A DNA stretch of 64,000 nucleotides, from positions 95,976,001 to 96,040,000 of the forward strand of contig OZ024743.1 in the NCBI GenBank assembly GCA_964016885.1, written 5' to 3'. This stretch comes from Eledone cirrhosa. Lineage: Eukaryota. Under the pieces are notes generated by a model. The model searched no databases. It saw only the letters and a program-made list of their open reading frames with translations, and was not told where the DNA came from. Shown in pieces: positions 36,700 to 51,600 of the stretch (position 1 is its first letter; the number at the start of each line of letters is the position of its first letter). A program made the translations under genes and the position numbers.

Positions 36700-39600
36700 A
36701 AAGGCGTAGGAAGAGATAGAGAAGGAAGTAATAGAACTGCCTAGGAAGAGATAGAGAAGGAAGGAATAGGAAAACGTAGGAAGAGATATAGAAGGAATGA
36801 ATGGAAAGGCATAGGAAGAGATAGAGAAGGAAGATATAGAAAGGCGTAGGAAGAGATAGAGAACCAAGGAATGGAAAGGCGTAGGAAGAGATAGAGAAGG
36901 AAGGATGGAAAGGCATAGGAAGAGATAGAGAAGGAAGGAATGGAAAGGCTTAGGAAGAGATAGAGAAGGAAGGAATAGAAAGGTGTAGGAAGAGATAGAG
37001 AAGGAGGAATAGAAAGGCGTAGGAAGAGATAGTGAAGGAAGGAATGGAAAGGTGTAGGAAGAGATAGAGAAGGAAAGAATAGAACAGCGTAGGAAGAGAT
37101 AGAGAAGGAAAGAATAGAACAGCGTAGGAAGAGATAGAGAAGGAAGGAATAGAAAGGCGTAGGAAGAGATAGAGAAGGAAAGAATAGAACAGCGTAGGAA
37201 GAGATAGAGAAGGAAGGAATAGAAAGGCGTAGGAAGAGATAGAGAAGGAAGGAATAGAAATGTGTAGGAAGAGATAGAGAAGGAAGGAATGGAAAGGCGT
37301 AGGAAGAGATAGAGAAGGAAGGTATAGAAAGGCGTAGAAAGAGATAGAGAAGGAAGGAATAGAAAGGCGTAGGAAGAGATAGAAAAGGAAGGAATAGAAA
37401 GGTGTAGGAAGAGATAGAGAAGGAAGGTATAGAAAGGCGTAGGAAGAGATAGAGAAGGAAGGAATAGAAAGGCGTAGGAAGAGATAGAGAAGGAGGAATA
37501 GAAAGGCGTAGGAAGAGATAGAGAAGGAGGAATAGAAAGGCGTAGGAAGAGATAGAGAAGGAAGGAATAGAAAGGTGTAGGAAGAAATAGAGAAGGAATG
37601 AATGGAAAGGCGTAGGAAGAGATAGAGAAGGAGGAATAGAAAGGCGTAGGAAGAGATAGAGAAGGAAGGAATGGAAAGGTATAGGAAGAGTTAGAGAAGG
37701 AAGGAATGGAAAGGCGTAGGAAAAGATAGAGAAGGAAGGAATGGAAAGGCGTAGGAAGAGATAGAGAAGGAGGAATAGAAAGGCGTAGGAAGAGATAGAG
37801 AAGGAAGGAATGGAAAGGTATAGGAAGAGTATAGAGAAGGAAGGAATGGAAAGGCGTAGGAAAAGATAGAGAAGGAAGGAATAGAAAGGCGTAGGAAGAG
37901 ATAGAGAAGGAAGGAATAGAAAGGTGTAGGAAGAGATAGAGAAGGAAGGAATGGAAAGGCGTAGGAAGAGATAGAAAAGGAAGGAATGGAAAGGTGTAGG
38001 AAGAGATAGAGAAGGAAGGAATGGAAAGGCTTAGGAAGAGATAGAGAAGGAAGGAATAGAAAGGTGTAGGAAGAGATAGAGAAGGAAGGTATAGAAAGGC
38101 GTAGGAAGAGATAGAGAAGGAAGGAATAGAAAGGCGTAGGAAGAGATAGAGAAGGAGGAATAGAAAGGCGTAGGAAGAGATAGAGAAGGAGGAATAGAAA
38201 GGCGTAGGAAGAGATAGAGAAGGAAGGAATGGAAAGGCGTAGGAAGAGAGGGAGAAGGAAGGAATGGAAAGGCGTAGGAAGAGATAGAGAAGGAAGGTAT
38301 AGAAAGGCGTAGGAAGAGATAGAGAAGGAAGGAATAGAAAGGCGTAGGATGAGATAGAGAAGGAGGAATAGAAAGGCGTAGGAAGAGATAGAGAAGGAAC
38401 GAATAGAAAGGCGTAGGAAGAGATAGAGTAGGAAGTAATAGAACTGCCTAGGAAGAGATAGAGAAGGAAGGAATAGGAAAACGTAGGAAGAGATATAGAA
38501 GGAATGAATGGAAACGCATAGGAAGAGATAGAGAAGGAAGAAATAGAAAGGCGTAGGAAGAGATAGAGAAGCAAGGAATGGAAAGGCGTAGGAAGAGATT
38601 GAGAAGGAAGGAATGGAAAGGCATAGGAAGAGATAGAGAAGGAAGGAATGGAAAGGCGTAGGAAGTGATAGAGAAGGAAGGAATAGAAAGGCGTAGGAAG
38701 AGTTAGAGAAGGAAGGAATGGAAAGGCGTAGGAAGAGATAGAGAAGGAAGGAATAGAAAGGCGTAGGAAGAGATAGAGAAGCAAGGAATGGAAAGGCGTA
38801 GGAAGAGATAGAGAAGGAAGGAATGGAAAGGCATAGGAAGAGATAGAGAAGGAAGGAATGGAAAGGCTTAGGAAGAGATAGAGAAGGAAGGAATAGAAAG
38901 GTGTAGGAAGAGATAGAGAAGGAAGGTATAGAAAGGCGTAGGAAGAGATAGAGAAGCAAGGAAGGGAAAGGCATAGGAAGAGATAGAGAAGGAAGGAATA
39001 GAAAGGCGTAGGAAGAGATAGAGAAGGAAGGAATGGAAAGGTGTAGGAAGAGATAGAGAAGGAAGGAATAGAAATGTGTAGGAAGAGATAGAGAAGGAAG
39101 GAATAGAAAGGTGTAGGAAGAGATAGAGAAGGAAGGTATAGAAAGGCGTAGGAAGAGATAGAGAAGCAAGGAAGGGAAAGGCATAGGAAGAGATAGAGAA
39201 GGAAGGAATAGAAATGCGTAGGAAGAGATAGAGAAGGAAGGAATAGAAAGGCGTAGCAAGAGATAGAGAAGGAAGGAATAGAAAGGTGTAGGAAGAGATA
39301 GAGAAGGAGGAATAGAAAGGCGTAGGAAGAGATAGACAAGGAAGGAATAGAAAGGCGTAGGAAGAGATAGAGAAGGAAGGAATGGAAAGGCGTAGGAAGA
39401 GATAGAGAAGGAAGGAATAGAAAGGCGTAGGAAGAGATAGAGAAGGAAGGAATGGAAAGGTGTAGGAAGAGATAGAGAAGGAAGGAATGGAAAGGTGTAG
39501 GAAGAAATAGAGAAGGAAGTAATGGAAAGGCGTAGGGGGAGATAGAGAAGGAAGGAATAGAAAGGCGTAGGAAGAGATAGAGAAGGAAGGAATGGAAAGG

Positions 39601-42600
39601 CGTAGGAAGAGATAGAGAAGGAAGGAATGGAAAGGCATAGGAAGAGATAGAGAAGGAAGGAATAGAAAGGTGTAGGAAGAGATAGAGAAGGAAGGAATAG
39701 AAAGGCGTAGGAAGAGATAGAGGAGGAAGGAATGGAAAGGCGTAGGAAGAGATAGAGAAGGAAGGAATGGAAAGGTGTAGGAAGAGATAGAGAAGGAAGT
39801 AATGGAAAGGCGTAGGAAGAGATAGAGAAGGAAGGAATGGAAAGGTGTAGGAAGAGATAGAGAAGGAAGGAATGGAAAGGCGTAGGAAGAGATAGAGAAG
39901 GAGGAATAGAAAGGCGTAGGAAGAGATAGAGAAGGAAGGAATGGAAAGGTGTAGGAAGAGTTAGAGAAGGAAGGAATGGAAAGGCGTAGGAAGAGATAGA
40001 GAAGGAAGGAATGGAAAGGCGTAGGAAAAGATAGAGAAGGAGGAATAGAAAGGCGTAGGAAGAGATAGTGAAGGAAGGAATGGAAAGGTGTAGGAAGAGT
40101 TAGAGAAGGAAGGAATGGAAAGGCGTAGGAAAAGATAGAGAAGGAAGGAATAGAAAGGCGTAGGAAGAGATAGAGAAGGAAGTAATAGAAAGGCGTAGGA
40201 AGAGATAGAGAAGGAAAGAATAGAACAGCGTAGGAAGAGATAGAGAAGGAAGGAATAGAAAGGCGTAGGAAGAGATAGAGAAGGAAGGAATAGAAATGTG
40301 TAGGAAGAGATAGAGAAGGAAGGAATGGAAAGGCGTAGGAAGAGATAGAGAAGGAAGGTATAGAAAGGCGTAGAAAGAGATAGAGAAGGAAGGAATAGAA
40401 AGGCGTAGGAAGAGATAGAAAAGGAAGGAATAGAAAGGTGTAGGAAGAGATAGAGAAGGAAGGTATAGAAAGGCGTAGGAAGAGATAGAGAAGGAAGGAA
40501 TAGAAAGGCGTAGGAAGAGATAGAGAAGGAGGAATAGAAAGGCGTAGGAAGAGATAGAGAAGGAGGAATAGAAAGGCGTAGGAAGAGATAGAGAAGGAAG
40601 GAATAGAAAGGTGTAGGAAGAAATAGAGAAGGAATGAATGGAAAGGCGTAGGAAGAGATAGAGAAGGAGGAATAGAAAGGCGTAGGAAGAGATAGAGAAG
40701 GAAGGAATGGAAAGGTATAGGAAGAGTTAGAGAAGGAGGAATAGAAAGGCGTAGGAAGAGATAGAGAAGGAAGGAATGGAAAGGTATAGGAAGAGTATAG
40801 AGAAGGAAGGAATGGAAAGGCGTAGGAAAAGATAGAGAAGGAAGGAATAGAAAGGCGTAGGAAGAGATAGAGAAGGAAGGAATAGAAAGGTGTAGGAAGA
40901 GATAGAGAAGGAAGGAATGGAAAGGCGTAGGAAGAGATAGAAAAGGAAGGAATGGAAAGGTGTAGGAAGAGATAGAGAAGGAAGGAATGGAAAGGCTTAG
41001 GAAGAGATAGAGAAGGAAGGAATAGAAAGGTGTAGGAAGAGATAGAGAAGGAAGGTATAGAAAGGCGTAGGAAGAGATAGAGAAGGAAGGAATAGAAAGG
41101 CGTAGGAAGAGATAGAGAAGGAGGAATAGAAAGGCGTAGGAAGAGATAGAGAAGGAGGAATAGAAAGGCGTAGGAAGAGATAGAGAAGGAAGGAATGGAA
41201 AGGCGTAGGAAGAGAGGGAGAAGGAAGGAATGGAAAGGCGTAGGAAGAGATAGAGAAGGAAGGTATAGAAAGGCGTAGGAAGAGATAGAGAAGGAAGTAA
41301 TAGAAAGGCGTAGGATGAGATAGAGAAGGAGGAATAGAAAGGCGTAGGAAGAGATAGAGAAGGAACGAATAGAAAGGCGTAGGAAGAGATAGAGTAGGAA
41401 GTAATAGAACTGCCTAGGAAGAGATAGAGAAGGAAGGAATAGGAAAACGTAGGAAGAGATAGAGAAGGAATGAATGGAAACGCATAGGAAGAGATAGAGA
41501 AGGAAGAAATAGAAAGGCGTAGGAAGAGATAGAGAAGCAAGGAATGGAAAGGCGTAGGAAGAGATTGAGAAGGAAGGAATGGAAAGGCATAGGAAGAGAT
41601 AGAGAAGGAAGGAATGGAAAGGCGTAGGAAGTGATAGAGAAGGAAGGAATAGAAAGGCGTAGGAAGAGTTAGAGAAGGAAGGAATGGAAAGGCGTAGGAA
41701 GAGATAGAGAAGGAAGGAATAGAAAGGCGTAGGAAGAGATAGAGAAGCAAGGAATGGAAAGGCGTAGGAAGAGATAGAGAAGGAAGGAATGGAAAGGCAT
41801 AGGAAGAGATAGAGAAGGAAGGAATGGAAAGGCTTAGGAAGAGATAGAGAAGGAAGGAATAGAAAGGTGTAGGAAGAGATAGAGAAGGAAGGTATAGAAA
41901 GGCGTAGGAAGAGATAGAGAAGCAAGGAAGGGAAAGGCATAGGAAGAGATAGAGAAGGAAGGAATAGAAAGGCGTAGGAAGAGATAGAGAAGGAAGGAAT
42001 GGAAAGGTGTAGGAAGAGATAGAGAAGGAAGGAATAGAAATGTGTAGGAAGAGATAGAGAAGGAAGGAATAGAAAGGTGTAGGAAGAGATAGAGAAGGAA
42101 GGTATAGAAAGGCGTAGGAAGAGATAGAGAAGCAAGGAAGGGAAAGGCATAGGAAGAGATAGAGAAGGAAGGAATAGAAATGCGTAGGAAGAGATAGAGA
42201 AGGAAGGAATAGAAAGGCGTAGCAAGAGATAGAGAAGGAAGGAATAGAAAGGTGTAGGAAGAGATAGAGAAGGAGGAATAGAAAGGCGTAGGAAGAGATA
42301 GACAAGGAAGGAATAGAAAGGCGTAGGAAGAGATAGAGAAGGAAGGAATGGAAAGGCGTAGGAAGAGATAGAGAAGGAAGGAATAGAAAGGCGTAGGAAG
42401 AGATAGAGAAGGAAGGAATGGAAAGGTGTAGGAAGAGATAGAGAAGGAAGGAATGGAAAGGTGTAGGAAGAGATAGAGAAGGAAGTAATGGAAAGGCGTA
42501 GGGGGAGATAGAGAAGGAAGGAATAGAAAGGCGTAGGAAGAGATAGAGAAGGAAGGAATGGAAAGGCGTAGGAAGAGATAGAGAAGGAAGGAATGGAAAG

Positions 42601-45600
42601 GCATAGGAAGAGATAGAGAAGGAAGGAATAGAAAGGTGTAGGAAGAGATAGAGAAGGAAGGAATAGAAAGGCGTAGGAAGAGATAGAGGAGGAAGGAATG
42701 GAAAGGCGTAGGAAGAGATAGAGAAGGAGGAATAGAAAGGCGTAGGAAGAGATAGAGAAGGAAGGAATAGAAAGGCGTAGGAAGAGATAGAGAAGGAAGG
42801 AATAGAAAGGTGTAGGAAGAGATAGAGAAGGAAGGAATAGGAAAACGTAGGAAGAGATATAGAAGGAATGAATGGAAAGGCATAGGAAGAGATAGAGAAG
42901 GAAGATATAGAAAGGCGTAGGAAGAGATAGAGAACCAAGGAATGGAAAGGCGTAGGAAGAGATAGAGAAGGAAGGATGGAAAGGCATAGGAAGAGATAGA
43001 GAAGGAAGGAATGGAAAGGCTTAGGAAGAGATAGAGAAGGAAGGAATAGAAAGGTGTAGGAAGAGATAGAGAAGGAGGAATAGAAAGGCGTAGGAAGAGA
43101 TAGTGAAGGAAGGAATGGAAAGGTGTAGGAAGAGTTAGAGAAGGAAGGAATGGAAAGGCGTAGGAAAAGATAGAGAAGGAAGGAATAGAAAGGCGTAGGA
43201 AGAGATAGAGAAGGAAGTAATAGAAAGGCGTAGGAAGAGATAGAGAAGGAAAGAATAGAACAGCGTAGGAAGAGATAGAGAAGGAAGGAATAGAAAGGCG
43301 TAGGAAGAGATAGAGAAGGAAGGAATAGAAATGTGTAGGAAGAGATAGAGAAGGAAGGAATGGAAAGGCGTAGGAAGAGATAGAGAAGGAAGGTATAGAA
43401 AGGCGTAGAAAGAGATAGAGAAGGAAGGAATAGAAAGGCGTAGGAAGAGATAGAAAAGGAAGGAATAGAAAGGTGTAGGAGGAGATAGAGAAGGAAGGTA
43501 TAGAAAGGCGTAGGAAGAGATAGAGAAGGAAGGAATAGAAAGGCGTAGGAAGAGATAGAGAAGGAGGAATAGAAAGGCGTAGGAAGAGATAGAGAAGGAG
43601 GAATAGAAAGGCGTAGGAAGAGATAGAGAAGGAAGGAATAGAAAGGTGTAGGAAGAAATAGAGAAGGAATGAATGGAAAGGCGTAGGAAGAGATAGAGAA
43701 GGAGGAATAGAAAGGCGTAGGAAGAGATAGAGAAGGAAGGAATGGAAAGGTATAGGAAGAGTTAGAGAAGGAAGGAATGGAAAGGCGTAGGAAAAGATAG
43801 AGAAGGAAGGAATGGAAAGGCGTAGGAAGAGATAGAGAAGGAGGAATAGAAAGGCGTAGGAAGAGATAGAGAAGGAAGGAATGGAAAGGTATAGGAAGAG
43901 TATAGAGAAGGAAGGAATGGAAAGGCGTAGGAAAAGATAGAGAAGGAAGGAATAGAAAGGCGTAGGAAGAGATAGAGAAGGAAGGAATAGAAAGGTGTAG
44001 GAAGAGATAGAGAAGGAAGGAATGGAAAGGCGTAGGAAGAGATAGAAAAGGAAGGCATGGAAAGGTGTAGGAAGAGATAGAGAAGGAAGGAATGGAAAGG
44101 CTTAGGAAGAGATAGAGAAGGAAGGAATAGAAAGGTGTAGGAAGAGATAGAGAAGGAAGGTATAGAAAGGCGTAGGAAGAGATAGAGAAGGAAGGAATAG
44201 AAAGGCGTAGGAAGAGATAGAGAAGGAGGAATAGAAAGGCGTAGGAAGAGATAGAGAAGGAGGAATAGAAAGGCGTAGGAAGAGATAGAGAAGGAAGGAA
44301 TGGAAAGGCGTAGGAAGAGAGGGAGAAGGAAGGAATGGAAAGGCGTAGGAAGAGATAGAGAAGGAAGGTATAGAAAGGCGTAGGAAGAGATAGAGAAGGA
44401 AGTAATAGAAAGGCGTAGGATGAGATAGAGAAGGAGGAATAGAAAGGCGTAGGAAGAGATAGAGAAGGAACGAATAGAAAGGCGTAGGAAGAGATAGAGT
44501 AGGAAGTAATAGAACTGCCTAGGAAGAGATAGAGAAGGAAGGAATAGGAAAACGTAGGAAGAGATATAGAAGGAATGAATGGAAACGCATAGGAAGAGAT
44601 AGAGAAGGAAGAAATAGAAAGGCGTAGGAAGAGATAGAGAAGCAAGGAATGGAAAGGCGTAGGAAGAGATTGAGAAGGAAGGAATGGAAAGGCATAGGAA
44701 GAGATAGAGAAGGAAGGAATGGAAAGGCGTAGGAAGTGATAGAGAAGGAAGGAATAGAAAGGCGTAGGAAGAGTTAGAGAAGGAAGGAATGGAAAGGCGT
44801 AGGAAGAGATAGAGAAGGAAGGAATAGAAAGGCGTAGGAAGAGATAGAGAAGCAAGGAATGGAAAGGCGTAGGAAGAGATAGAGAAGGAAGGAATGGAAA
44901 GGCATAGGAAGAGATAGAGAAGGAAGGAATGGAAAGGCTTAGGAAGAGATAGAGAAGGAAGGAATAGAAAGGTGTAGGAAGAGATAGAGAAGGAAGGTAT
45001 AGAAAGGCGTAGGAAGAGATAGAGAAGCAAGGAAGGGAAAGGCATAGGAAGAGATAGAGAAGGAAGGAATAGAAAGGCGTAGGAAGAGATAGAGAAGGAA
45101 GGAATGGAAAGGTGTAGGAAGAGATAGAGAAGGAAGGAATAGAAATGTGTAGGAAGAGATAGAGAAGGAAGGAATAGAAAGGTGTAGGAAGAGATAGAGA
45201 AGGAAGGTATAGAAAGGCGTAGGAAGAGATAGAGAAGCAAGGAAGGGAAAGGCATAGGAAGAGATAGAGAAGGAAGGAATAGAAATGCGTAGGAAGAGAT
45301 AGAGAAGGAAGGAATAGAAAGGCGTAGCAAGAGATAGAGAAGGAAGGAATAGAAAGGTGTAGGAAGAGATAGAGAAGGAGGAATAGAAAGGCGTAGGAAG
45401 AGATAGACAAGGAAGGAATAGAAAGGCGTAGGAAGAGATAGAGAAGGAAGGAATGGAAAGGCGTAGGAAGAGATAGAGAAGGAAGGAATAGAAAGGCGTA
45501 GGAAGAGATAGAGAAGGAAGGAATGGAAAGGTGTAGGAAGAGATAGAGAAGGAAGGAATGGAAAGGTGTAGGAAGAGATAGAGAAGGAAGTAATGGAAAG

Positions 45601-48600
45601 GCGTAGGGGGAGATAGAGAAGGAAGGAATAGAAAGGCGTAGGAAGAGATAGAGAAGGAAGGAATGGAAAGGCGTAGGAAGAGATAGAGAAGGAAGGAATG
45701 GAAAGGCATAGGAAGAGATAGAGAAGGAAGGAATAGAAAGGTGTAGGAAGAGATAGAGAAGGAAGGAATAGAAAGGCGTAGGAAGAGATAGAGGAGGAAG
45801 GAATGGAAAGGCGTAGGAAGAGATAGAGAAGGAAGGAATGGAAAGGTGTAGGAAGAGATAGAGAAGGAAGTAATGGAAAGGCGTAGGAAGAGATAGAGAA
45901 GGAAGGAATGGAAAGGTGTAGGAAGAGATAGAGAAGGAAGGAATGGAAAGGCGTAGGAAGAGATAGAGAAGGAGGAATAGAAAGGCGTAGGAAGAGATAG
46001 AGAAGGAAGGAATGGAAAGGTGTAGGAAGAGTTAGAGAAGGAAGGAATGGAAAGGCGTAGGAAGAGATAGAGAAGGAAGGAATGGAAAGGCGTAGGAAAA
46101 GATAGAGAAGGAGGAATAGAAAGGCGTAGGAAGAGATAGAGAAGGAAGGAATAGAAAGGCGTAGGAAGAGATAGAGAAGGAAGGAATAGAACAGTGTAGG
46201 AAGAGATAGAGAAGGAAGGAATAGGAAAACGTAGGAAGAGATATAGAAGGAATGAATGGAAAGGCATAGGAAGAGATAGAGAAGGAAGATATAGAAAGGC
46301 GTAGGAAGAGATAGAGAAGCAAGGAATGGAAAGGCGTAGGAAGAGATAGAGAAGGAAGGAATGGAAAGGCATAGGAAGAGATAGAGAAGGAAGGAATGGA
46401 AAGGCTTAGGAAGAGATAGAGAAGGAAGGAATAGAAAGGTGTAGGAAGAGATAGAGAAGGAGGAATAGAAAGGCGTAGGAAGAGATAGTGAAGGAAGGAA
46501 TGGAAAGGTGTAGGAAGAGTTAGAGAAGGAAGGAATGGAAAGGCGTAGGAAAAGATAGAGAAGGAAGGAATAGAAAGGCGTAGGAAGAGATAGAGAAGGA
46601 AGTAATAGAAAGGCGTAGGAAGAGATAGAGAAGGAAAGAATAGAACAGCGTAGGAAGAGATAGAGAAGGAAGGAATAGAAAGGCGTAGGAAGAGATAGAG
46701 AAGGAAGGAATAGAAATGTGTAGGAAGAGATAGAGAAGGAAGGAATGGAAAGGCGTAGGAAGAGATAGAGAAGGAAGGTATAGAAAGGCGTAGAAAGAGA
46801 TAGAGAAGGAAGGAATAGAAAGGCGTAGGAAGAGATAGAGAAGGAAGGAATGGAAAGGCGTAGGAAGAGATAGAGAAGGAGGAATAGAAAGGCGTAGGAA
46901 GAGATAGAGAAGGAAGGAATGGAAAGGTATAGGAAGAGTTAGAGAAGGAAGGAATGGAAAGGCGTAGGAAAAGATAGAGAAGGAAGGAATGGAAAGGCGT
47001 AGGAAGAGATAGAGAAGGAGGAATAGAAAGGCGTAGGAAGAGATAGAGAAGGAAGGAATGGAAAGGTATAGGAAGAGTATAGAGAAGGAAGGAATGGAAA
47101 GGCGTAGGAAAAGATAGAGAAGGAAGGAATAGAAAGGCGTAGGAAGAGATAGAGAAGGAAGGAATAGAAAGGTGTAGGAAGAGATAGAGAAGGAAGGAAT
47201 GGAAAGGCGTAGGAAGAGATAGAAAAGGAAGGAATGGAAAGGTGTAGGAAGAGATAGAGAAGGAAGGAATGGAAAGGCTTAGGAAGAGATAGAGAAGGAA
47301 GGAATAGAAAGGTGTAGGAAGAGATAGAGAAGTAAGGTATAGAAAGGCGTAGGAAGAGATAGAGAAGGAAGGAATAGAAAGGCGTAGGAAGAGATAGAGA
47401 AGGAGGAATAGAAAGGCGTAGGAAGAGATAGAGAAGGAGGAATAGAAAGGCGTAGGAAGAGATAGAGAAGGAAGGAATGGAAAGGCGTAGGAAGAGAGAG
47501 AGAAGGAAGGAATGGAAAGGCGTAGGAAGAGATAGAGAAGGAAGGTATAGAAAGGCGTAGGAAGAGATAGAGAAGGAAGTAATAGAAAGGCGTAGGATGA
47601 GATAGAGAAGGAGGAATAGAAAGGCGTAGGAAGAGATAGAGAAGGAACGAATAGAAAGGCGTAGGAAGAGATAGAGTAGGAAGTAATAGAACTGCCTAGG
47701 AAGAGATAGAGAAGGAAGGAATAGGAAAACGTAGGAAGAGATATAGAAGGAATGAATGGAAACGCATAGGAAGAGATAGAGAAGGAAGGAATAGAAAGGC
47801 GTAGGAAGAGATAGAGAAGCAAGGAATGGAAAGGCGTAGGAAGAGATTGAGAAGGAAGGAATGGAAAGGCATAGGAAGAGATAGAGACGGAAGGAATGGA
47901 AAGGCGTAGGAAGTGATAGAGAAGGAAGGAATAGAAAGGCGTAGGAAGAGTTAGAGAAGGAAGGAATGGAAAGGCGTAGGAAGAGATAGAGAAGGAAGGA
48001 ATAGAAAGGCGTAGGAAGAGATAGAGAAGCAAGGAATGGAAAGGCGTAGGAAGAGATAGAGAAGGAAGGAATGGAAAGGCATAGGAAGAGATAGAGAAGG
48101 AAGGAATGGAAAGGCTTAGGAAGAGATAGAGAAGGAAGGAATAGAAAGGTGTAGGAAGAGATAGAGAAGAAAGGTATAGAAAGGCGTAGGAAGAGATAGA
48201 GAAGCAAGGAAGGGAAAGGCATAGGAAGAGATAGAGAAGGAAGGAATAGAAAGGCGTAGGAAGAGATAGAGAAGGAAGGAATGGAAAGGTGTAGGAAGAG
48301 ATAGAGAAGGAAGGAATAGAAAGGTGTAGGAAGAGATAGAGAAGGAAGGAATAGAAAGGTGTAGGAAGAGATAGAGAAGGAAGGTATAGAAAGGCGTAGG
48401 AAGAGATAGAGAAGCAAGGAAGGGAAAGGCATAGGAAGAGATAGAGAAGGAAGGAATAGAAATGCGTAGGAAGAGATAGAGAAGGAAGGAATAGAAAGGC
48501 GTAGGAAGAGATAGAGAAGGAAGGAATAGAAAGGTGTAGGAAGAGATAGAGAAGGAGGAATAGAAAGGCGTAGGAAGAGATAGACAAGGAAGGAATAGAA

Positions 48601-51600
48601 AGGCGTAGGAAGAGATAGAGAAGGAAGGAATGGAAAGGCGTAGGAAGAGATAGAGAAGGAAGGAATAGAAAGGCGTAGGAAGAGATAGAGAAGGAAGGAA
48701 TGGAAAGGTGTAGGAAGAGATAGAGAAGGAAGGAATGGAAAGGTGTAGGAAGAGATAGAGAAGGAAGTAATGGAAAGGCGTAGGGGGAGATAGAGAAGGA
48801 AGGAATGGAAAGGCTTAGGAAGAGATAGAGAAGGAAGGAATAGAAAGGTGTAGGAAGAGATAGAGAAGGAGGAATAGAAAGGCGTAGGAAGAGATAGTGA
48901 AGGAAGGAATGGAAAGGTGTAGGAAGAGTTAGAGAAGGAAGGAATGGAAAGGCGTAGGAAAAGATAGAGAAGGAAGGAATAGAAAGGCGTAGGAAGAGAT
49001 AGAGAAGGAAGTAATAGAAAGGCGTAGGAAGAGATAGAGAAGGAAAGAATAGAACAGCGTAGGAAGAGATAGAGAAGGAAGGAATAGAAAGGCGTAGGAA
49101 GAGATAGAGAAGGAAGGAATAGAAATGTGTAGGAAGAGATAGAGAAGGAAGGAATGGAAAGGCGTAGGAAGAGATAGAGAAGGAAGGTATAGAAAGGCGT
49201 AGAAAGAGATAGAGAAGGAAGGAATAGAAAGGCGTAGGAAGAGATAGAAAAGGAAGGAATAGAAAGGTGTAGGAAGAGATAGAGAAGGAAGGTATAGAAA
49301 GGCGTAGGAAGAGATAGAGAAGGAAGGAATAGAAAGGCGTAGGAAGAGATAGAGAAGGAGGAATAGAAAGGCGTAGGAAGAGATAGAGAAGGAGGAATAG
49401 AAAGGCGTAGGAAGAGATAGAGAAGGAAGGAATAGAAAGGTGTAGGAAGAAATAGAGAAGGAATGAATGGAAAGGCGTAGGAAGAGATAGAGAAGGAGGA
49501 ATAGAAAGGCGTAGGAAGAGATAGAGAAGGAAGGAATGGAAAGGTATAGGAAGAGTTAGAGAAGGAAGGAATGGAAAGGCGTAGGAAAAGATAGAGAAGG
49601 AAGGAATGGAAAGGCGTAGGAAGAGATAGAGAAGGAGGAATAGAAAGGCGTAGGAAGAGATAGAGAAGGAAGGAATGGAAAGGTATAGGAAGAGTATAGA
49701 GAAGGAAGGAATGGAAAGGCGTAGGAAAAGATAGAGAAGGAAGGAATAGAAAGGCGTAGGAAGAGATAGAGAAGGAAGGAATAGAAAGGTGTAGGAAGAG
49801 ATAGAGAAGGAAGGAATGGAAAGGCGTAGGAAGAGATAGAAAAGGAAGGAATGGAAAGGTGTAGGAAGAGATAGAGAAGGAAGGAATGGAAAGGCTTAGG
49901 AAGAGATAGAGAAGGAAGGAATAGAAAGGTGTAGGAAGAGATAGAGAAGGAAGGTATAGAAAGGCGTAGGAAGAGATAGAGAAGGAAGGAATAGAAAGGC
50001 GTAGGAAGAGATAGAGAAGGAGGAATAGAAAGGCGTAGGAAGAGATAGAGAAGGAGGAATAGAAAGGCGTAGGAAGAGATAGAGAAGGAAGGAATGGAAA
50101 GGCGTAGGAAGAGAGGGAGAAGGAAGGAATGGAAAGGCGTAGGAAGAGATAGAGAAGGAAGGTATAGAAAGGCGTAGGAAGAGATAGAGAAGGAAGTAAT
50201 AGAAAGGCGTAGGATGAGATAGAGAAGGAGGAATAGAAAGGCGTAGGAAGAGATAGAGAAGGAACGAATAGAAAGGCGTAGGAAGAGATAGAGTAGGAAG
50301 TAATAGAACTGCCTAGGAAGAGATAGAGAAGGAAGGAATAGGAAAACGTAGGAAGAGATATAGAAGGAATGAATGGAAACGCATAGGAAGAGATAGAGAA
50401 GGAAGAAATAGAAAGGCGTAGGAAGAGATAGAGAAGCAAGGAATGGAAAGGCGTAGGAAGAGATTGAGAAGGAAGGAATGGAAAGGCATAGGAAGAGATA
50501 GAGAAGGAAGGAATGGAAAGGCGTAGGAAGTGATAGAGAAGGAAGGAATAGAAAGGCGTAGGAAGAGTTAGAGAAGGAAGGAATGGAAAGGCGTAGGAAG
50601 AGATAGAGAAGGAAGGAATAGAAAGGCGTAGGAAGAGATAGAGAAGCAAGGAATGGAAAGGCGTAGGAAGAGATAGAGAAGGAAGGAATGGAAAGGCATA
50701 GGAAGAGATAGAGAAGGAAGGAATGGAAAGGCTTAGGAAGAGATAGAGAAGGAAGGAATAGAAAGGTGTAGGAAGAGATAGAGAAGGAAGGTATAGAAAG
50801 GCGTAGGAAGAGATAGAGAAGCAAGGAAGGGAAAGGCATAGGAAAAGATAGAGAAGGAAGGAATAGAAAGGTGTAGGAAGAGATAGAGAAGGAAGGAATG
50901 GAAAGGTGTAGGAAGAGATAGAGAAGGAAGGAATAGAAATGTGTAGGAAGAGATAGAGAAGGAAGGAATAGAAAGGTGTAGGAAGAGATAGAGAAGGAAG
51001 GTATAGAAAGGCGTAGGAAGAGATAGAGAAGCAAGGAAGGGAAAGGCATAGGAAGAGATAGAGAAGGAAGGAATAGAAATGCGTAGGAAGAGATAGAGAA
51101 GGAAGGAATAGAAAGGCGTAGGAAGAGATAGAGAAGGAAGAAATAGAAAGGTGTAGGAAGAGATAGAGAAGGAGGAATAGAAAGGCGTAGGAAGAGATAG
51201 ACAAGGAAGGAATAGAAAGGCGTAGGAAGAGATAGAGAAGGAAGGAATGGAAAGGCGTAGGAAGAGATAGAGAAGGAAGGAATAGAAAGGCGTAGGAAGA
51301 GATAGAGAAGGAAGGAATGGAAAGGTGTAGGAAGAGATAGAGAAGGAAGGAATGGAAAGGTGTAGGAAGAGATAGAGAAGGAAGTAATGGAAAGGCGTAG
51401 GGGGAGATAGAGAAGGAAGGAATAGAAAGGCGTAGGAAGAGATAGAGAAGGAAGGAATGGAAAGGCGTAGGAAGAGATAGAGAAGGAAGGAATGGAAAGG
51501 CATAGGAAGAGATAGAGAAGGAAGGAATAGAAAGGTGTAGGAAGAGATAGAGAAGGAAGGAATAGAAAGGCGTAGGAAGAGATAGAGGAGGAAGGAATGG